DNA of 64,000 nt, from the NCBI GenBank assembly GCA_020137815.1, contig CM035350.1:682001-746000 (forward strand). Direction: 5' to 3'. The notes beneath the pieces are model-generated. The model was not told the DNA's origin. It was given only the letters and a program-made list of their open reading frames with translations, and did no database searches. The translations under genes and the position numbers were made by a program. The stretch comes from Hormiphora californensis. Its lineage: Eukaryota; Animalia; Ctenophora. Positions 1-12,579 of the stretch are shown here, in pieces; positions within the stretch are counted from its first letter, which is position 1, and each line of letters begins with the position of its first letter.

Positions 1-49
1 GCCATGGTTACTATGATGCATTCTCTAATATGTTCCACCCTCCTGGCAG

Positions 50-2483
50 CGGTTGCTGGGTGGAACATCCAGAAGATTCTCCTGGTAATATTCTGTCTTG
101 TTCTGGGGGTGTTCCCTCTATGTATCGTTACTCTCTTGATATTGAGGAGGTATAACAGCCGAGTGAGGGAGTTCCTGGACGAGCACAGTGGCATGTAAGT
201 ATAGGTGCTGGTCAGTGCAGTCACTGGGGAGGGGAATTGATTTCATCAAGACATGTGCTTTGTTCTAGACATGTGCGTTGTTCCATAATGAGAATATGAG
301 AAATAGGAAACAGGTTCTCAAACTCTACCTATCTTTTTTCAGTCGATTCACCGCCCATCTGCGTACGTTATCCCGTGGCACCGCGTCATCACTACGACGT
401 CGTTACCATAACAACAGGGATCCAGCAGCTGCCACGGTGAGTAATGACATCATTCTGATTACCCACACTGCTATATACAGCTCCCTGCTAGTGCTAATAT
501 TGTGTTCATGTGTAATGTGACGTGTAAGTGTGCATGTGCCTACTCAGAGACCCAAGGTCCCGCCGAGGCCCATCTCAACGGCAGAGACTGCAGTAGAGAG
601 ACCGAGGGGCAGCTATAGAACGAGTGGGGGAGGGTGGTCCCAGAGTGCGTACAGTCCTACACAAGATCATGATGATTTTACCAACACTCCTCCCTCCCGC
701 CCTCCTCCTCCTCCTCCCACCTACAATACACCCTCCTCTAAAGAGGAGACCTTCTATACACCACCCAGTCAGGTATCGCTGTATTCCCGTGCATGGCTGC
801 TGCATATAACGCTTTTGAGACACATAATATATTCCTTTCTTACAATTCTAATCTTTCCTATATTCATTGACCAACCCTTCTAGTTGACTAGTAAACTATA
901 CCTACTCAGATACTTCTGAATAATGAGATCTGAGCAAGAATATACTTCCCAGTATTCAGTTCATCATGCTACTACTATTTCAGAGCGCCACCCCGGCAGC
1001 TGGTTACCAGCCTCTAACTCCCAGCCGACCAGCACCTCCAAGACCAGCTTCCACTTATGAGACATCCCCGCCAGCCAGGTTAGCTAGTAACTAGTAAAAC
1101 TACTGACCAGCTCCAGAATCCTGGTTCTGTCGAGCACTTTACCAGGAATTCCTTTCAAATTAAAGTACTATAGTGTCTAGACACTGAGCTGGTAATAGCT
1201 ATAATAGTTACCTAACTACTGAACGGGCAAAAGTCAGTTTTATGATCGTCACAAGACTCGCCTACTAAATTCACCTAAAGCTACCCGTCTGTATGGACAG
1301 GTAGAATGCCTGACATATAGGAATGACGCCAAGGGTGTCAGGAATACCGTAGAACCATTCATTTTGCTTCAAAACAACATATTCTATTGAAAATGTCCGA
1401 GGGACAATATTTATGGGACACTCTGATATGAATACAACGTATGTAGGGAGCCACTGGGTGCAAAGCGAAGTCTGAGTGATGTGAGTGCGATGAGGAGTGT
1501 GAGAGATAAGAGGGTTAGCACGGGCACTAGGACTCTCTCTGAGATGGGCAGAGTGAGCCTGGTCCGGGGTCCCCACCACCAAAGAACGGGCAGTGGAGGG
1601 GGCCACAGTAGACCTGGATCTAGGTCCAGTCTGGGTAGTCTCTCGAGTAGCAGCCTCTCCAAGCTGCCATTACGGTATATAGTGTGTGTGAGAGCATGAA
1701 CAAGGGAATGAAAACTGTGAATACTCGAATTGTGTCACGGGTTGGGTTGCTGGTTTTTTAGTGAATGGGTTTTGGGAACCATCACCGTATGTCAATTGAA
1801 GCTGGGTTTTATCCTATTTTGTTGGATTTTAGCACATTCATCACCTACCAATCCAGCCAACTCATACAACTTTGTGCAGGACCCCTAATGCCCTAAAGAC
1901 GAGCTCAAGGGAGCAAGTTAAGATGGATATATCTGGCCCTGAAGCACCCCGGTACCTTGTCGATGATACGGAGCTCAATGAACGAACGTGAGTGTCAGGG
2001 AAGACGGGTATAGATCCAGTTTGGTGATGGGAGAGGGGTGTAGATCCAGTGGTGGGCAGTGGGGTGATGGGAGGTGGGTGTAGATCCAGTGGTGGGCAGT
2101 GGGGTGATGGGAGGTGGGTGTAGATCCAGTGGTGGTGGGGTGATGGGAGGAGGGTGTATATCCAGTGGTGGTGGGGTGATGGGAGGTGGGTGTAGATCCA
2201 GTGGTGGGCGGTGGGGTGATGGGAGGTGGGTGTAGATCCAGTGGTGGGCAGTGGGGTGATGGGAGGTGGGTGTAGATCCAGTGGTGGGCAGTGGGGTGAT
2301 GGGAGGAGGGTGTAGATCCAGTGGTGGGCAGTGGGGTGTTGGGAGGAGAGTTTAGATCCAGTGGTGGGTAGTGGGGTGATGGGAGGTGGGTATGGAGGGG
2401 ATTAGAACATGTGCATTATCAGCTTACCTTGTTTCAGATTCGCTGGTTCCCCCCTGAGGGATATTGGCCGAGGTGACAGTTGA
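50..2483 (+). CDS. 3' part of a type I membrane protein: TM helix plus long Pro/Ser-rich cytoplasmic tail (5' end outside window)
   Basis: Phase-compatible GT-AG exons ~50-193 (TM ILLVIFCLVLGVFPLCIVTLLIL then RR), 343-436, 548-771, 984-1078, 1448-1674, 1879-1987, 2439-2483; PxxP motifs (RPKVPPRP, PPSRPPPPPP). Could alternatively be two genes split near 1090-1320. Confidence 0.6.
2030..2392. repeat. ~40-nt G-rich intronic minisatellite, ~9 copies
   Basis: Unit TAGATCCAGTGGTGGGCAGTGGGGTGATGGGAGGTGGGTG starting ~40 nt after the donor at 1988. Confidence 0.95.
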
Positions 2484-2928
2484 TTGCTCGGTTAATTGAT
2501 TATCATATTTTGCTGTGTATTTCGAGAAAACACATGTGCTGGGGTGGAGGGTGTGTTATAGACTGCTAGGTTGTTTTTCTGATTTCTGACAGAAGTTGCA
2601 GAGACAATGGTGATCATTCTTTGCTTTATATTCGCTGAATTTTTTATGCTTTGAATTTACGTTTTTGATCAAATTGAAATGAGACAATTTTTATTATTTC
2701 AGATCTTCTCAGATCATAACATTAATTTTTCACAAATGACACAATTACATTGCATACGGTGCCGTGCAAAGAGAGACTGCACATGTTTTGAAGCTAACAA
2801 GAAATGTTTTAGTGTGTTTCCCAGATGGCGGGGGCGATGGTGGCGACTGTAGACTCAGTATTAGACGGCATGGAGGATGGGAGGGAGGGGTGTTGCTGAC
2901 AGAGTAGGAGGATCTAGTAGTTCAATGA

Positions 2929-3473
2929 TTAACCATCCCTTCGCCTGCTTCGAATGCAACGACCGATACTGGGAACGTATTCCTTTCCAAATCCACACTT
3001 GTTTTCTACCCCCTCTCCTGAAAGAAAAGGTAATGAATTCACACGTCTCTCTCAGGACTAAGAGAAGTCCTAATTCGTTAATATCTGATCCCAGCAGCCA
3101 CAATGAGTGCGTGAGAGAACCTTTTTGCTCCCATCCCCAATTATACAACGATTTTTAACACCATGTTCCCTTACCAGATTCGCTTTGGCCGACAGCGGAG
3201 ACCTCGTTGGTATTCCAGAGTGGTCCGGTGGGAATGGCTGCCCAGGATCGGGAACACCCTGTAAATATCAGGTTAGTAGTGGGACACCCTGTAAAGATCA
3301 AGGGGAAGGGTGATATGTTTACGCGGGGAGGAGATAAATAATGGGGGGGGGGCATGTTTTACACTTTAGCTGCTGCTGTACTCGCCCTTCAATCACAACT
3401 AAAAGGACTTGTACTCACCAGAGAGTGCTAGGAAGATAACAAGGATGATCATAGGGCGGCCCTGCTGTAGCAT
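2929..3473 (-). CDS. Small secreted peptide precursor (~75 aa) with a C-terminal two-Cys loop
   Basis: Exons 3473-3419, 3258-3175, 3017-2929 joined by GT-AG phase-1 introns: MLQQGRPMIILVIFLALSGCSRSWAAIPTGPLWNTNEVSAVGQSESGEGVENKCGFGKEYVPSIGRCIRSRRRDG*. Confidence 0.65.
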
Positions 3474-3627
3474 TTTGTTAGACTACAAAACAACTACAGC
3501 TGGAGGTCAAAATGGGAGAATGGGGAAGGCACGAGAAGTGCTGCTTTTTGAGTATAAAGCTATTAAATAGCGAGAAGTCACGTGTTTTTAGTGCAGGGGG
3601 TCATCAATAGATTGTTTAATCCCCCTT

Positions 3628-3802
<175 letters not shown>

Positions 3803-5033
3803 CTGTCTATATAATGTTCTCTGTATGTTACTAAAACCAATACCACTAACTAGCAGTGCAGCAGAGAAGAATGCTAGACCGCAGATGAATAGCTATTCCA
3901 TCAAGACGAGGTCAATGGGGGAACTTCCATGGAAGTGAAGCAACATCCAATCAAGTTAGCTGAATCGACATATTGGGGGGCCAAATTGGGCAATATTTTG
4001 CTAGATTGCAACTCAGGAAGTTAGTTTTTCAATTTCATCACCAGGACCGTAGATGTTAGGAGAGAAAGATTAAAAAGCTGGTGAGTTGATCAATCTATGA
4101 GGAGTAGTATAGAGCGCTACTGAACAATATGGAAGGAGAAAAAATAATTGAGTATGGTGGTAGTGGTAAATGTTGCACGTACATGAGAGTGGTGTCCAAT
4201 CCAATTCATCAAGTCCCCTCTTATACAAATAACACCCTAGTACTACCGATATTGCACCAATAGGGCTACAAGAAATAATAAATCACAGCATTCACAGGGC
4301 AGAGTACTCTGAGATATAGTTGTATCTTACACATATATAGTTATCTGGTTAACTATTACGAGGTAAAATGCAACCACGCTTATAACTCTGGCCTATGAAG
4401 CTTTGAACCTGCATTGGATCACTATCAATTCTAGAACACATTAGAGGATTATGATAGGTGAGCCTTGTACAATGTACCGTGACATCACAGCTGTGATGTA
4501 GCTAATCACTGCTATGACGTGGCTTGGGAACCAGAATATAGAACCATGACCAGAAGGGGATATTTTGTCACTAGCCGTAGTGAGGTGTGAGCCACGTGAT
4601 GAACTGTTTTATACTGTGTTTAGTCTGGGTAGTGGTGATATTAGAAATTTCCCGGCTAGCACTTTTTCATGCTCACTCATTCCGAGATAAGAATATATAT
4701 TTCTCTCTCCTAAACTTACAAAAAAGAACCCGGGTATGCTACGGGTATGCTACGCAGCCTGTCTTTCGCGCAATGTTAATGCCAATGAATCGCAGTTCGG
4801 AGCCAACAGACCGGGAACTTAATATACACCGATTCCTTTTTCTCCCTGTCAGAGGATTGGCATGACAGTTTTCTCCTCTCTCTCTCACTCTCTCTCAGTC
4901 ACGTTCTGGACTATTTAAGTTTGCGTACTGAGCTTCCAGTTCCAAGTAAGGGAGAGAGAGTGTGTGTATGGATAGACAGGTATCGAGCTGAGCTTACACC
5001 ACCTAGATAACACTTAGACTGGCTGTTGCTGAA

Positions 5034-8000
5034 ATGCGTTCGTTTATGTTTATTGGTGATCCCAAGGACCAGGTCAGTACTCGATCAAGGAGGGAGTTGC
5101 CTAGTGTGTATCACCCTGTGTAGCACGTCTTCATAGTACATAGTTTTCAAACTCCAGATTATCCCCTTTCCAATAAATTCCTGTTGGCCAATGTCCACCT
5201 CCTCCCCGCTGACCACCCTCTCCTCTCTCTCTCGCCCTACCCCCCTCTTCTCTCCCCCGGGACTAACTTCCTCATCCTCCTCTCTCCCCTGGTGACTAAC
5301 TTCCTCATCCTCCTCTCTCCCCCGGTGACTAACTTCCTCATCCTCCTCTCTCCCCCGGTGACTAACTTCCTCCTCCAGATAGACAAGTGGCTTGAAGGAG
5401 AGCACAAGGTGCTAGTTATAGCACCCTCCGAGGAACACGACTCAACTGCCAGGGCCCTAACTACACTGAAAACAGCTGGTCTTGAACATGCCATTGTCAG
5501 GACTATCATCCTTGATCAGGTACATAGTTGACCCCCCTCCCCCCATTTGGGCTAGTTCAGTTCCCCCATTCCCCCGTTTTAAGGGTACACCTGGCGTTTT
5601 TCATCATCGAGTGCCCAACCAAATGACTTCACCAGGGTTTAGGTCATACAAAATGGACCTCAAATATGCAATTTTAGCCCTAAAGTCGAATTCATATTTT
5701 TGCTACAGCCTATTTTCAAAGTGGCGTTTTTTCAATTTTTGTTAGAATTTTTAACCTCAGGACCACTTTTTTTGAGATAGAAACATTAAATTCTTGAAAT
5801 TTGAAGAGAATATAAAGGTGAATAAGCCCAAAGAAGGATTTTTGAAATGGAGCTTATTTCTGGCCATGAGAAGGGTTTACTTTTTTGCTTCTTTGACACG
5901 CTGGCTGAGAATGTTCCCATGCTTCATTAGACATGAAAATCTGGAAATAGTTGCTCAAAACGATTATCTATGTGGCCCAAAAATTTTGGAACTTTCCCGC
6001 CAAAGATGTGGTGTACAGAGCTTGTTTTGTGGAACCCGTCTTTTTGAAAAAGAGAGGAATTCCCTGTATCTCCAAAACGGATGATCGTAGAGACCTGTGA
6101 CCAAGCTTAATCGATTCAGAAGGTCCGATTTTGGAGGGGTCTTCTGAGAGACATTTTGCTCCTACTCCAACCGTTTTTGCTGTAATTGCAAAAAACCAAT
6201 TCTATGAAAAGGAGGAACAACTCTTTTCCAGTAGCCTGCTTCGGGCTGATTTCCCCCTTACTTGCTGATACCTTTTTCGCAATTACAGCAAAAACGGTTG
6301 GAGTAGGAGCAAAATGTCTCTCAGAAGACCCCCCCAAAATCGGACCTTCTGAATCGATTAAGCTTGGTCACAGGTCTCTACGATCATCCGTTTTGGAGAT
6401 ACAGGGAATTCCTCTCTTTTTCAAAAAGACGGGTTTCACAAAACAAGCTCTGTACACCACATCTTTGGCGGGAATGTTCCAAAATTTTTGGGCCACATAG
6501 ATAATCGTTTTGAGCAACTATTTCCAGATTTTCATGTCTAATGAAGCATGGGAACATTCTCAGCCAGCGTGTCAAAGAAGCAAAAAAGTAAACCCTTCTC
6601 ATGGCCAGAAATAAGCTCCATTTCAAAAATCCTTCTTTGGGCTTATTCACCTTTATATTCTCTTCAAATTTCAAGAATTTAATGTTTCTATCTCAAAAAA
6701 AGTGGTCCTGAGGTTAAAAATTCTAACAAAAATTGAAAAAACGCCACTTTGAAAATAGGCTGTAGCAAAAATATGAATTCGACTTTAGGGCTAAAATTGC
6801 ATATTTGAGGTCCATTTTGTATGACCTAAACCCTGGTGAAGTCATTTGGTTGGGCACTCGATGATGAAAAACGCCAGGTGTACCCTTAATACCTTCAACC
6901 CCGACGGCTCGAGTTGGTACCGGCATTGGTGACATAGACACCTGGCGCGACCCCCCGTAAGCTCAATCTCGGTCGCGCCAGGTGTCTATGTCACCAAGTA
7001 GTAATACCGGCAGACTTTCCTAAAATTCACAATGTTCAAACCTTGTTATCCTCCCAGGAGTACATGTTTGGGGAGGGTAAGATAGATGAATACCTGAAGA
7101 CGTCAACAGACCAGGGCCACTACCCCTACATCTACATCAATAGAGAGTTTGTGGGAGACCACCGTACCATTGCATACATGGAGTACCAGGGAACTCTCAT
7201 CAACACAGTCGGACTCGTCTTTCTAGGTATTGTACTGGGGTACCATGTTGGTTCTGGGGGGGGGGGTTTCTTCCTAGGTAGTAGGTATACCATGGGGGTA
7301 TATTGTGATGGTTCTGGGTGGTTTTGAGACAGTTTATCAAGTAAACCCGCCATAGTTGACATTCTCTCTCTCTCCAAGTACCGTCCCATTGACACATTCA
7401 CTAGGGTAAGCTGGGGTGAAATGGCCCGCGGGGTAAAGTGGCCCATGTATGGGGCAAAGTGGCCCTAGTTATTACATGTGGTCACGTGACTTTTTCTCCA
7501 GCGGAGACCTGCTCGTTCTGTTCCGAATTTTCGCTTTAAAACTGCTGTCATTTCAGTTTGGGTTGGCCGATTTTAATTTTGCAAAAACTGCCAGTTAGGC
7601 TTTATAATTCTCTAAAACGTGGTATAAAAATTTTTGAAGAAATTGGCATTTTTGTTGTCTTAATTGTCAATTTTGTGAAATCGGGGCGAATATGGCCCAC
7701 TCTCCGGGGCAAAGTGGTCCGGTCTGGGGCAAAGTGGCCCACCTCTAGGACCAATGAAATGGCGCCTGCAATACCACGTGATATTGGAATGCACAAAAAT
7801 GTAGTACAGACGATCAAATTAGGGGCAAAGTGGCCCATGTTCCGGTGCAGAACATGGGCCACTTTGCCCCTAGTTTGACCGTTTCGTCTAACAACACCAG
7901 GCACGTGATAAAATCGAGCAATGCTATTGGCTTGGGCCACTTTGCCCCGGTGCAAATTTCCCAAAAAACGCCTCACCAAATTATTTGAATTGATTAATTA

Positions 8001-8843
8001 ACCGATTAAATAAAACTTGTAGATATTAAAATTTAGCTCGGCTGAAAGGAAAATGTTTCATTGGATAGCCTATATAATTTTTTTCTTCCTGCTGTATAAA
8101 TTGCGTATTTTAGAACCTAAAACGTTAAAAGTGGGCCACTTTTACCCCAGCTTACCCTATTCATAATGTGCCATTCCCCAGACAAGGTGCAACTCAGACA
8201 ATCACTTAACTCTTTCAGTTTCTGCTAACACCTCAACGCGACACACAAGCAGCGAACACCCTGGACCCGAGAAGAGGGAGGAGGAGGAGGATGGAGAGAG
8301 GGAGGAGGAAGAAGGAGAGAAGAATGAGACGGCGACTGATCGGATGTTTAAAGAAAAGGAAGAAAAGGAACAAGAAGAGGAAGAGAGGGTGCCAATTGAG
8401 TCTATTCCCCCATTCTCGGGGAGCCCTGTTGGTAGCAAGGGTAGTGCTGACATTGTACCAGCACCTGTATCCCTCAAGGAAGAGCTGGCCAGCGCCGCGG
8501 GAACTGAATTTAAATCTGCCGTTCCACCCACTCCTGATACACCAGAAGATTCCGGTTGTTGGGGAGGATTTGGTTCCTCCTCAAAAAGCAGGTTGGTACA
8601 ATATATAATGTACACATGGTATTACACCTCATATTACTTTCCATATCTCAGTTCTCTTTTTCATGTCAAAGAATGACAATTCCAAGTCTGGTTATTAACC
8701 ATGGTTCTCTCCCATTCAGGGCGTCTAGCAGACGAAGCTGTAAAGAGTGTAAGAAGAAGCCAGACACCACGACCGCTGAGACACAAACTGCTCCTGCCAG
8801 TCCAACAAATAGTGACCCCATGGTTTCAGACTTCATGAGCTAG
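5034..8843 (+). CDS. Glutaredoxin-fold protein lacking CxxC, with acidic low-complexity C-terminal extension
   Basis: Exons 5034-5072, 5379-5519, 7058-7226, 8219-8590, 8720-8843 in compatible phase; KVLVIA beta1 and YPYIYINREFVGD match the Grx TVPxIFIxGxFIGG motif. Confidence 0.65.
5255..5378 (+). repeat. 33-nt minisatellite repeating the branch point and polypyrimidine tract (4 copies)
   Basis: Unit GGTGACTAACTTCCTCATCCTCCTCTCTCCCCC; the last copy ends in the CAG acceptor at 5378. Confidence 0.9.
5583..6885. mobile_element. Non-autonomous palindromic DNA transposon, Kolobok-like (copy 1, 1303 bp)
   Basis: TTAA on both sides, GGGTACACC...GGTGTACCC termini (RR..YY as in Kolobok, not the CCY start of piggyBac), ~600-bp inverted arms and ~90-bp spacer; second copy at 51913-53215. 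Confidence 0.85.
6926..6997. repeat. Perfect 27-bp-stem hairpin, probably a tiny MITE
   Basis: TTGGTGACATAGACACCTGGCGCGACC, 18-nt loop, exact reverse complement; TACCGGCA repeated at 6918-6925 and 7005-7012. Confidence 0.75.
7404..8157. mobile_element. TA-flanked MITE (Tc1/mariner/pogo-type)
   Basis: TA|GGGTAAGCTGGGGT...ACCCCAGCTTACCC|TA with internal GGGGCAAAGTGGCCC repeats in both orientations. Confidence 0.8.
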
Positions 8844-9652
8844 AGAGAGAGACCGATTGAAACGGATAGCACATTTTCACCAAGCATCTTTTACAGCCCC
8901 CTACAGGTATGTCGATACAGTCCACCAGAACAATAATTGTGATATGTGTGGCTCCTTTGAAAATGCTGTTACTGATGATTTGTAATAGCATGGACTATTA
9001 GAATGGAGTTTAAAAATCCTTTCTTTGACTTCGTTACAAGATTTCTAAAAATCTAAGGCCTTCATTAGGTGGTTTATAATGTCAATTTCTTCTTCTGAGT
9101 AAAATTGAAGAAGATTCAGGTTCTAAATAGACTATGTGACATGTTATGTGGGCTTTTATATAAAACTCTCCATATGTGAGTGCAGGAAGTCTCAAATGCA
9201 GAACGCGTGATCATAACCGTGACTACCTGGCCCTATAATATTAGTGCATAATTGTCATATAGTAGTGAACAGTATTATAAAATATAAATTAACTACATAC
9301 CAACAGAAACACCCATAAAATATACGAAATCCCTAGCCAGTTTAGAAAAAAGTTAATTTTGGATTTATCAGTTTTTCCCTTACTCTTGTGGTTTCTTAGA
9401 AAAAATAAGAAACTTTTTTTCTAAGAAACCAGGATTTTGCATATCTCTCTCTATCGCTCTCTCTCTCTCTATCTATCTCTCTTTTCCACCCCGACTTATC
9501 AAGGCATAAAATTTTATCTTATTCAAGAATTTATTGCTTTATAAACGATAAAATAGGGACATATAATAACTATCAGCGTTCACTCGATTTCGAATCGTAT
9601 ATGGTTAATTTCCCTGAAATTCATGAGTAATTAAAGTGCAATTTGTCTAGTA

Positions 9653-9820
9653 AAGTCGGACCCCGATTTAGTGGCCCCCGATTAAGTGGCACCCCGATTT
9701 AGTGGCAGTATTTTTTCCCCCGATATAGGAAATTAACATTATTTAACCCCGATTTAGTGGCACCCCGATTTAGTGGCAGGATTTTTCCCCCAAGGATGCC
9801 ACTAAATCGGGGTCCGACTG
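9653..9820. mobile_element. pogo/Tigger-type MITE
   Basis: TA|aAGTCGGACCCCCGATTTAGTGGC...GCCACTAAATCGGGGTCCGACTG|TA (CAGT-type end), internal CCCCGATTTAGTGGC repeats. Confidence 0.8.
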
Positions 9821-9928
9821 TACCTAAAAAGGATAATCGGTCCAGCTGTAGCAGTAAGGGGGTTTCGTCATTTCTCTAAACGGGCACTTTAATTAATGAT
9901 TTCACAGGTTCCACTGTTCTTCCAGTCA

Positions 9929-10035
9929 CTGTCTGGCGGCGCCAGACCCCAATTTGATTCTCAAATAATCTAATTTGATTCTCAAATAATCTGAGCACGC
10001 GACAGTGTGCTCAGATGGGTCGCGGCGCCAGACAG
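9929..10035. mobile_element. 107-bp MITE with CTGT...ACAG ends and 8-bp TSD
   Basis: TSD TCCAGTCA at 9921-9928 and 10036-10043; same family at 12516-12579 and a partial copy near 30250-30296. Confidence 0.8.
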
Positions 10036-10548
10036 TCCAGTCACGCGGTTACTTCTCAATCTTCTAGTCTATACGCTATAGCCTTTCTTTTTTTCCCGTC
10101 ACTTCCCCTGCTATAGCTTCTAGTTCTAGTGTTTTCTAAACTTCCTCCGGCCGGTATCTTGCCTTCACGGGCACCATCATTTCGAACAAAATGTGCACAG
10201 CTGTGTGATGTGACTGTGTGACCTGTGTTATGTGACTGTGTGATTTGTGTGATGTGACTGTGTGACTGTGTGACCTGTATTATGTGAGTGTTTGATCTGT
10301 GTCATGTGCCATTTGCCATGTGTATGTGATTGTAGGAATATGAAATAGTTTCGAGCGGGTCTCCGATCTCTCCATACCCTAGGACCTATAATGTTCTAAT
10401 GATCTCTGGTGTTCTAGTGGGGTGCTTTCTATAGTGCATATAATCATAATGTATGTACTATAACACCCCGAATGAATTCTTGCGTGTAATAAACACCACT
10501 TTTCAAGCGGGCAGTATATCACGTCAAGTGGAGATATTCATATACATA

Positions 10549-11023
10549 AGCTGGTATTAATAAACGGGGATTCGCGGATTCGCGGATAATGTCCCGGATC
10601 GCGGATAAAATCGCGGATAATTAATCCCGGATTGGATCGCGGATCGCGGATAAGTAATCACGGATTGCGGATCGGGGATAAGTGATCGCGGATTGCGGAT
10701 CGGGGATCGCGGATTGAGGATTGCGGATCGCGGATTGCGGATCGCGGATTGCGGATCGCGGATCGCGGATTGAGGATTGCGGATCGCGGATCGCGGATTG
10801 CGGATCGCGGATTGCGGATCGCGGATCGCGGATTGAGGATTGCGGATCGCGGATTGCGGATCGCGGATTGAGGATTGCGGATCGCGGATTGCGGATCGCG
10901 GATTGCGGATTGAGGATTGCGGATCGCGGATTGCGGATCGCGGATTGAGGATTGCGGATCGCGGATTGCGGATCGCGGATAAGTAATCGCGGATAAGTAA
11001 TCGCGGATAAGTAATGGAGAGAA

Positions 11024-11120
<97 letters not shown>

Positions 11121-12002
11121 AAGAGAAAGAGAGAAAGAGAGATAGATAGAGATAGATAGAGAACGAGAGATAGAGAGAGAGAGAGAGAGAGAGACGTAAA
11201 AAGATATAGAGAGAGACATGAAGAAAATTAATTAGCATTCCAATGCAGCATGGTTGTCAGCTATCATATGTGAAATTTGTATTGAGATATATGAAGAGAA
11301 GATAAGAAATACCGTTATTCTGTTAGCTTTGGTTTGTTTTGTGTCTTGTCCGCAATCCGCGATTACTTATCCGCGATTACTTATCCGCGATTAATTATCC
11401 GCGATTAATTATCCGCGATTACTTATCCGCGATTTTTTATCCGCAATTTTTTATCCGCGATTTTTTATCCGCGATTTTTTATCCGCGATTACTTATCCGC
11501 GATCCGCAATCCGCAATCCGCGATTACTTATCCGCGATTACTTATCCGCGATCCGCAATCCGCGATCCGCAATCCGCGATTACTTATCCGCGATTACTTA
11601 TCCGCGATTACTTATCCGCGATCCGCAATCCGCGATCCGCAATCCTCAATCCGCGATCCGCAATCCGCAATCCTCAATCCGCGATCCGCAATCCGCGATC
11701 CGCAATCCTCAATCCGCGATCCGCAATCCGCGATCCGCAATCCGCGATCCGCAATCCTCAATCCGCGATCCGCGATCCGCAATCCTCAATCCGCGATCCG
11801 CGATCCGCAATCCGCAATCCTCAATCCGCGATCCGCGATCCGCAATCCTCAATCCGCGATCCCCGATCCGCAATCCGCGATCACTTATCCCCGATCCGCA
11901 ATCCGTGATTACTTATCCGCGATCCAATCCGGGATTAATTATCCGCGATTTTATCCGCGATCCGGGACATTATCCGCGAATCCCCGTTTATTAATACCAG
12001 CT
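10549..12002. mobile_element. Foldback element with satellite-like arms
   Basis: TA|AGCTGGTATTAATAAACGGG...CCCGTTTATTAATACCAGCT|TA; arms built of GCGGAT(C/T) and GCGGATAAGTAATC repeats in opposite orientations; (GA)n core. Confidence 0.85.
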
Positions 12003-12153
12003 TATTAGCGCACTAGGCTAGGCTGTGGGCGATATTTCTGAAAAACTTGCAGTGTCAGTGATCTTTATAAGATGCCCCAATCAGTTGTTGAGTAACACCA
12101 ATAATTGCTCCGGTGCATGCAGTTTATGTTTTACTGTGGAGACTTTTAGGATA

Positions 12154-12321
<168 letters not shown>

Positions 12322-12515
12322 CATGTATTGAGTTTGTAGCTGCAATTCACTGTAGACGATAGTATCGATACTAGACACGTGATATGAGTTGCTTGTTTTT
12401 GTATGGGGTTCTGGAGTGTAATTGCAAGGGGCACCGCATCCATCGTCAGAGCTGTCCTCTCCGCCGATACATGGGGAAAGATGCGGGGTAAGAGATGATC
12501 ATAGAAAGACTGTAC

Positions 12516-12579
12516 CTGTATGGCGGCGCCCATACCCCAATTTGTGCGCTCAGATATTGGGGTCGGCGGCGCCAGACAG
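12516..12579. mobile_element. 64-bp MITE with 8-bp TSD
   Basis: TSD GACTGTAC at 12508-12515 and 12580-12587; CTGTATGGCGGCGCC...GGCGGCGCCAGACAG ends. Confidence 0.8.

Noticed and set aside
5482-6941. Mirror-image ORFs on both strands (also 51851-53004)
   Set aside because: By-products of the palindromic element; no transposase or other domain, and stops differ between copies.
10557-11908. Long ORFs with IRNPRSA repeats
   Set aside because: Translations of 7-nt satellite arms, open in several frames.
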